The notes below the pieces were generated by a model. The model saw only the letters and a list, made by a program, of their open reading frames with translations, did not search any database and was not told where the DNA came from. Positions 39,949-64,000 of a stretch of DNA of 64,000 bases are shown in pieces. The DNA comes from Lytechinus pictus (lineage: Eukaryota), in contig NC_087251.1 in the NCBI RefSeq assembly GCF_037042905.1, positions 44,766,001 through 44,830,000 of the forward strand. The letters are read 5' to 3'. Every line of letters starts with the position of its first letter. Within the stretch, counting starts at the first letter, position 1. The position numbers and the translations under genes were made by a program.

Positions 39949-40502
39949 CCCGGGGGGTCACTTCCATTCACGAGTGGATACCATGCGCGACCATGGGGTC
40001 TCGAAAAGCACCCTAAACACGTAATTTCCATATTCTGAAAATGCACCCCTTAACAAGTATTGGCGCGTGAAACCCTACCCTTAACAAGTATTGGAAACAA
40101 AACGATACTCTTGGCAAATATTCCCTGAAATGAACCCCTAAACAAGTACAGGAATGTTTTATTGTTATGGGTCCTTCGGTCGTCGGCTTTACCTCATTTG
40201 GTTTAGTACGACCCCACTTTAATTCTACACCTCGCGCAAATCGGACTCTAAACACGAAGTGTTGGGGCAAAATGGACATCCTTTATAAAACATTTTAATT
40301 TTGTTTTATCATTCCCGCAAATTCGACCCTAAACACGTAATTTTCCTAGCGAAATAGACACCCTTTTTTCATTATTTTTGTGTTTTTGACACCCTTATCA
40401 CGTTACGTACGTAACGTGCCCTATCGTGAAAAGGACATCCTTTTTACGTGTTTTTTTGGTCGCGCATGGTATCCACTCGTCAATGTAAGTGGCCCCCCCG
40501 GG
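39949..40502. mobile_element. CCCGGG-terminated MITE with 8-bp TSD, split from its left TSD by the foldback element
   Basis: ~45-bp TIRs CCCGGGGGGTCACTTCCATTCACGAGTGGATACCATGCGCGACCA / reverse complement at ~40457-40502; TSD GGGGAGGA at 33767-33774 and 40503-40510. Confidence 0.85.
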
Positions 40503-41993
40503 GGGGAGGATGGGAAAGGCAGTGGCGTAACAGGCAGGGGGAACCCCCCCCCCCCCCTCCCGGCGGATTACACCGGGAAAAATAAAAAACGGGAAAAAGA
40601 GAAGAGGGAGAAAGAGAGAAAGGAAAAGGGAAAGAAAGAAAGAAAGAAAAAGAGGAAAGGGAAAGGGAAAAAGTGAAAAGAAAGGGACAGAAAGAAAGAA
40701 CATACACAGAGAATGCTGTGGAAGGAAAGCGGGGAAAGGAACGAAAGAACAATTGAGAAAGTACAAAATATCCTGAGATACTAATACATTAGCATGATTA
40801 GCAATTAAGAGAGGGATATAAAATCAAAAGATATGACTAAATAATGGCCGGCATGGGGAAGAATGGCGGGAAAATGGGAGAAAGAGGCAAGAATTAAGAA
40901 ACGCCGGAAATGAAGGTAGAGCCAAAAGCTAAATTGAAAAATCAAAAATAAAATTATGAAGAAAAGGGACAGGAAAAGAAAGAAAAGAATTTATACGATC
41001 GGGCCGCCGAGGAATGAAAAATAAAATAAAGAACGGGAAGAAAGGTGGAAGGCGTCTATTATAAGCTTGCTAAATTTATAATGGTCGCAATCAGGACAAC
41101 AAATATACAAGGGCTCAGTATAGTACTATCCCCCTATGTCATAACCTAAAAGTAAAGCGTTACGCCTGCTAGATTTACCAAAAAAAAACTTTGTCTAAAT
41201 TTACAAAGCTACTATTACATAATTAGAAATGTCAAAATTTTTAAAGGCCAATTTTTTTTACAAATTTTACCACATTTGCTATGTTACTTTTGCCTCAAAA
41301 TATTTCGCTTATTATCCGCAACTGCTTTGAAGTTATGTGTTGTGTATGTAAGGTTTGATCAAAAGTGACCATCTGCAACTGGACATTTTAAACACTTATG
41401 TAATTTTGAATAGGATGCATGGATTATTTAATATATTGTTAAACATTAATGCGAGTGCAAACCGTGAGCCGTAATTTTTAATAAACTGTCATAAAAAAGG
41501 GAGATTTTAAGGACTTGATGGAATACACGAAGACAATAGTTACTTGTCAATATATATAACATATCTCGCCAACTCGTCAAGTCGATGGCACTTTGAAGGC
41601 TCCGTAATTTTAATCATAAAGAAAGAAGAAAAAAAACCTCGATCTTGGTTAGAATAATCACACACATATATAAATTGGCAAATCAGGCCCCAATTATTTA
41701 CGTTGGAAATCAGTTTCTCGTATCATGAAGAATTGTTACAATAACTAATACACACTTTTTATAAATATAGTTAAATATATAGTAGACCTATATGTTATTC
41801 TATTATAATTGATCTTAAACCTTTTTGTTCATACTCACTCTTTTATCCGCTTCTGTTTTATGTAAGCACCCACTGGATAGGGTCAAATGGCCTTTATTGA
41901 CTACAGTAATTCAGCCAGTTAACTTTATTTGACCCTGGCAGTCCAGTAAGTGCTCAATCTATACTCTGTTATGTTTATTATGTGTTGTACTAC

Positions 41994-44320
<2,327 letters not shown>

Positions 44321-44647
44321 TGTACTACTGTACCAATTTCTTATACTTTTCATTGCCGAAATAAATAATGATAATAATAATAATAAAAATTTACTAGCAG
44401 CCAATCAAATTGAATAATTTTAATTTCAACTATTTCAATTTCAACTATTATCGCAAATTTGTTGTTATATTGATAAGTTTTAAGTTTTGATTAAAATAAT
44501 TCATTAAAAATAGACAAAATGTTTGTATATCAAAATATAAATGATAGAAACAATGTCATGTTATACCGAGGTTGTTGTTCATACTCTTTTATAATTAAGG
44601 CCTTTGGGGAGGCTAGACTGCATTTTTGTATTTCATTTTAATTAGTA

Positions 44648-44661
44648 CTACCCACAATGCA
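44648..44661 (+). promoter_or_regulatory. ZNF143/Staf-like motif, candidate ENOPH1 promoter region
   Basis: CTACCCACAATGCA in one of the few non-repetitive segments upstream of ENOPH1; GC-rich patch at ~45190-45400. Confidence 0.35.
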
Positions 44662-45511
44662 GTTCGGGTTTTTCTGGCGATGAACACTGAACTAGAAATA
44701 TTTCTAGTTCAGTGGCAATGAACTGGCCGAAATTATGGTTAGTCTTATTTCAGGCCATTTAACTTTTGATTGAGCTGGACAAGTACCCGATTGACATATC
44801 AAGTCCTAATGTACTGTTAATTGTGACTAATGTCAGTGAATTAAAGCAAAATCTATCGAAGGATTGATTTTTGATGAGCTATGATTTAACACGTGAGTGA
44901 ATGGGGGTCTACATGTAACCCAAATGGCATGCATGATGTTGATGAAAAAGCCCTCTACGTTTACGGTATTATACAACCACATGCTGTTTACCTTTTGTAC
45001 AAGCGCAAGCAGACAGCACTGTGTGGAGTGTGTAAATAACGTAGAATATTGGCCCTTTGCGAGTAGATGCTGACGGATCGATCATTGATTGGGTTGCTCT
45101 GAGCTCTAATCCAAGTAATTAGTAAGTTTGTTAATGGCAAATTTATTTTTGAATGGTCATGATGATGATGGTGAAATTTCATCTATGACACTCGCAACTA
45201 GCAGCGAGAGCTGGGCCTGGGAGTGGGAGGCTGGCGCTGGCCACCCACCCAGGCCCACGCCACGGGACTCCGACGGCGTCGTCATCGGGCTAGCCGGTAG
45301 GTACTCGGAGAGCTCCGGCCCGCGGATCCAGATCAGACGGGTCCAGGGGCCGATTGCACGAAAGGGTCTTTGCATTTTCGTCTTTCGTGTCGCCCATTTA
45401 TTATAATGTGCCAAGTGAAAAAGCATTTTAAATAAATTACCTGCAAACATACCGTATGGCGTATCTAGACTTAAGATCTTATTCATCTGTTAAAGTTTAA
45501 ACTTAACTTAA

Positions 45512-45906
45512 AGAGAAATGCCAGTAATTGCAGTAAACACTGATTTCATGAGAAAGTCTGTAAAACCAGGATTAATTGTCAGTATATCATCGAGGATCTA
45601 GATCTGGTACAGTTATATAAACTGAACTTTGTGAAATCTTGAAATCTACGCTGAAAAAATGTTCACACTGAAGATCACCAACACAGATAGGCACACGTGG
45701 GACAGTGTATTATTATTGCTGGAATAAAGACCCGACGGAAGTGACCGAATCTGCGCTTATTTTGCTTATTTCTCAGCAATAACACAATTTCTTCCAGAAT
45801 CCTTTGGCACATATTTTTTATTCATACAAACAGACACTTGGGTGGTCATTATATTAGATTCTGTAAAAAGTCATTTTGAGATCGTTACCAAAACTGGAAT
45901 TTATCT
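45512..45906. mobile_element. TTAA-flanked MITE, family C
   Basis: TTAA|AGAGAAATGCCAGT ... ACTGGAATTTATCT|TTAA. Confidence 0.7.
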
Positions 45907-46769
45907 TTAAGTAAACAAAATATTTATTCTTTGTTTATAAAATGATGTGATAATACTGATGAAATTGTTTACAAATTGATTTAAATGCTAGTGTAACAGT
46001 AAATTTTGCTAGGTTTATTTATTTAATCTGTACTCTTACATTTGGCTTTCCATACTTTATTGTCTACGTTCAACTTGTTTATTTCCATTCTAACTCATCT
46101 CATCCTCCTTTCCATCCTCACAATCCACATACATTGTCATGATCTCATCTTTCATTCCATCTCCACAATACATCTCACATAGCAACACAGGATCATTGCA
46201 TTTCAATCTTTCATTCAGTTTCCCCTCAGTCATGCTTCCTGGTTTTCCATTAGCTTTCCACTCCACATGGTCCTATTGTTTAATTCTCATTAGGATTCGG
46301 TTTAACTCATGATCACCCTTCTCTATTCTCTGATTGGTTCTTATTTTTAAATAGGGTTAGTTCATTTTATAGTTCATACCATTTTCCTTGTATTTGATTG
46401 GTTGATTTCTATGATTATCCAATGTGGGTACATTGGCAGAACTTCCCAGAAGATTAGATTGGAAAGTAAAGTCAGTGCTGATCTGGACTTCGTGTTAAGT
46501 TCTAATTTATTCTGCGTTCACCCTATCTTCAGTTTAATAATTTTAGTTTAATTAAAGTAAGGAGAGCTTTGGAGATTGAATTTACAGGAGAGCATAGGAG
46601 ACTGAAGTGCAAGAGTTTATGATTTTGGAGTGTACAAACGGTCATGTTACACAAGCTAACAAATTCTATTTGTTTATCATACATTTCAGAAATATCCCGC
46701 ATACAGCGCATCATAAAAGTTGGGCGATCCGAAAGACGGTCCTTGGAAAGACCCTTTTGGGCCAGGTCC

Positions 46770-49546
46770 CCCCCCCCCCCCCCCTATTGGCGGAGCAAAA
46801 CAAAAAAGGGGAAAAGAGCTGGAGAGGAGAAAAAAAAGGAGGGGAAACATAATGTCATATTCATAAGAGGAGTAAGTTAGGAGGAAGACAAGTGAATAGA
46901 ATATTAGATGAATAGTCAGAATAACAAAAAATATGAGGCCTTTTTTTTTTAGTTTTGAGGGGAAATAATTTTACTAATATTGATTGTTTTTCATAAAAAT
47001 GCACTTTCCAAAAAAAAAATATCTCTGAAGTCTGAATTTCACTTTTAAGTAGATTAAAATTAAGTAATTTATCTTTCTTTTTCATATATATGAAAGGGAG
47101 AAATTGATAAAATGGTATTAAAAGCACAAAAATAAAATGATCTAATTCCAAATAAATTTAATTCTTGATCAAACTGTAAATTAATATTTGAAAGTTCTCT
47201 TAACCATTGTATAATTTTGTTCCAAAATAATAAAGTTATCAGACATTCAGAGAACAAATGAATTAATGTTTCTTCTTCAATTTTACAAAAAGAACATAAT
47301 CCTTAATCAATTTTATTTATTTTTAAAAGAAATGAATTAACTCCCAAAATTCTGTGAATGAGCCGAAACTGAAACCATCTCAATTTAGTGTCTGTTGTAC
47401 ATTTCTGTGGAAAGTTGTAAACTGCAGCCCAGTTATCTTGACTGTAATGAACATTTAATTTTGTGGTCCATTTATCTACAAACTTCCTTGCAACCTTTTT
47501 AACAGAAACTAGCTTGTCATAGATATTCCTTGATCCTTTTTTGTCTTTTAAATGAAAATTAAAGTTGAAAGTTTCAAAAAGTTGAGTAATGACATTCGAT
47601 ATATTTTTCAGAAAAGAACCAAAAGACTTTAATAGCACTCACTATACCCCGTACTCTATAAAGTTTGTACGAACATTGAATCTTCCTCTAAATTTATTTA
47701 GCGAAAGATATTTCCCTGAATCATCCAAAATTTCATTCATAAATCTCACTCCCTTCTTTGCCCAATGATGATAAAATATACAATCACATCACCACCAATT
47801 TTAACTCTATCATTAAACCATAAAGAGTTTGTCATTACTTCGTAACTGTTTTGAGGAACATAAGAGGAATTGATTTACAAATTGATTTTTTTAAAGTGCT
47901 CTGTAAAAAATTATGTTTTATGGTCTGAATATTAACATTTTCTGTCGTGCTGCGCGCTCGCAAAATTTGATTTGTCAGGTACCTATTATTTTCCTGTATT
48001 CCATAAAGTTCTCAAAATATCCCTATACAGGTCAGATTGTCAAAACATATCAGCTAGCGCTGCATGCTCACATTTTGATTGTTGAGTTATACTTATTAAA
48101 CTACTTAAAATCCCCATTCATGACAGTTTATCAAAAATTTCAGCTCGCGATTTGCGCGCGCATTGATTGTTGAAAATATATATACTTATGTATCTTATTC
48201 ATAATTACAAAAGTGCTTTAAATGTCTAGTTTTCAGGCCATAATATTAACATATTTTGCGCTCTTATTAGGCTTATTAGATTAATAAATAAGATACTAAA
48301 TTTTTCCTTTTTTCAGAATGGAATATCAACAAGTTTCATCTGGTGCTTAGGAAAAGGAATAGGAAGATATAGTCATCATTTTCATATGATGACATAATGT
48401 TCTTAGAGTTAGAATGTCCAGGTCCTATGTTAAAACTCAGAGTAATAATGATGAAACATATCAGCTCTTTTTAACTGTGATCCATATCCTCCTCACAATT
48501 TTCCTACAAAGTATATGAAATACAGAGCTTAAACTGACCCTTTTTCAAATCGGAATATTTTATGTACCGGTACTTGCTTTTAATATGATTTTCAGGATAA
48601 AAAAAGGTATTTAGAATGCCCAGATTCTAGCTCGAAATCTGAAACAGATTTCCAATTACTCATCCTTTTCATGATTTACAAAACATGAATAGACTGTCCC
48701 ATTTTTAGGTGTAAATCTTAAATTTTCCGCTCTTGCTCGCATCAAATGTTTAATTATATACTTATTTTTTTCATGTTTACAAAAAGTGCTCAGAATTTCC
48801 ATTCTTTAGGTAGAAATGTCAAAATTTTCAGCTTGCGCTTCACACTCACATTATTTGATTATTAAAATATGTAACGACTTTATGGCTAACTGCAAGCAGC
48901 CGTTAACAGATCCTTTTTTATCAGATCAAAACGTATATTAAAAATTTATGCGAGCGGGAAAGTAATTATTTCGTTGGATACACATCTCGTTTAGGATCAC
49001 AAATTTTGCCCAGAATGTTAAAATTTTAGGACAAAATACATAAATTTAAAAAAATAGCTTGCGCTTCGCATTATTTAAATAAGGCTTATGAGATTATTAT
49101 ATAGGCCCGTATTCTGAACTCGGGTTTAAATTAAACCATGGTTTAAAGTTGTGGTTTAACTATGGAGAGCCAATTGGGGCACAAATCCCTAACAGTACAC
49201 ATCAAATTTACTAACTCATATGACACCCGAATTGTCTGGGAATGACAACTGATGTATTTTAAAGTATTTTTCATCATTATGCAAGCAAAAGGAAGAAAAA
49301 TAGTAAACATATCAAATATCCAATATAAACAGAATTTTAGGCTCCCCATAATTTTAGCACAGACTTAGACCGTGGTCTAAGTTAAACCTGACTTCAGAAT
49401 ACGAGCCGGAATCTATTTATGTTGATTTATAAGAATAAAGCTTAAAAGTGACTATTAGGATTACCCCTTCAAAGGAGCGGCCGATCAGGGAAAATGTTGC
49501 TGAAAAAATCCCCCCCCCTAGTTGGCGAAGGCTGGATCCGCCTCTG
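46770..49546. mobile_element. Second, interrupted copy of the 9866-11931 element
   Basis: Shares TATTGGCGGAGCAAAA near its left part, colinear homology from ~47870 and right end GGATCCGCCTCTG; interrupted by a LINE fragment and a palindromic MITE (~49104-49407). Confidence 0.75.
46860..47868 (-). mobile_element. 3' fragment of an L1/Tx1-like LINE
   Basis: SLWFNDRVKIGG-like sequence, KLRWFQFRLIHRILGVNSFL and C..C..EETLIHLFSEC motifs across frameshifts. Confidence 0.8.
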
Positions 49547-49648
49547 TAGATCTATGGGTCAAATGCCATGTATCAGTATTCTAAACATGGTGTGTTTTAG
49601 ATTAATTAGTATCCAATCTTCATTTTTTTTCATCTTTTTAGATCCAAG

Positions 49649-63797
<14,149 letters not shown>

Positions 63798-64000
63798 TCA
63801 ATTTCCAAGAAAGTAATTTGAAAAAGTATTGATGATATGAGGCTGAACATAAAGGCCCGTTTTCACAAAAAAGGTTTCAATTATACCGTGGTACAAAATC
63901 ATGGATTATGCAGATTTCTTGTATTGTCGCGCTTCCCTTTTAGCGCCCTTTGCGAAAAGCGCACATTAAGTTGAATTATTCGTAGTGTTTGAGGTGAAAT

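Noticed and set aside
44988..45486. Short ORFs in the GC-rich patch upstream of ENOPH1
   Set aside because: No recognisable domain or consistent exon chain; more likely promoter or first-intron sequence.

Overview
AT-rich, intron-rich animal genomic DNA, probably a marine invertebrate such as a sea urchin (inferred from gene structure and repeat style). Three spliced protein-coding genes can be reconstructed with GT-AG junctions in consistent phase: a two-pore-domain K+ channel (+, 13717-15183, 378 aa), CCDC170 (-, 33016-23589, 11 coding exons, 825 aa) and enolase-phosphatase E1/ENOPH1 (+, 49649-63797, 6 coding exons, 277 aa). The rest is a dense transposon landscape: L1/Tx1-like and CR1/L2-like LINE relics, tRNA-derived SINEs, TTAA-, 5-, 6-, 8- and 9-bp-TSD non-autonomous DNA elements, and Helentron/HINE-like repeats. 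Highlights: (1) three minimal type-I hammerhead ribozyme motifs (Penelope-like), two as an inverted pair, just upstream of the K2P coding exon; (2) a 6.2-kb foldback element with a 9-bp TSD inserted into the terminus of a MITE; (3) a four-level nested transposon stack in ENOPH1 intron 1, with an apparent excision footprint in a sister copy; (4) a triplicated splice acceptor in ENOPH1; (5) calcineurin-docking-like motifs in the K2P loop; (6) an RFX X-box plus forkhead site upstream of CCDC170. All coordinates were read by eye and no database searches were run.
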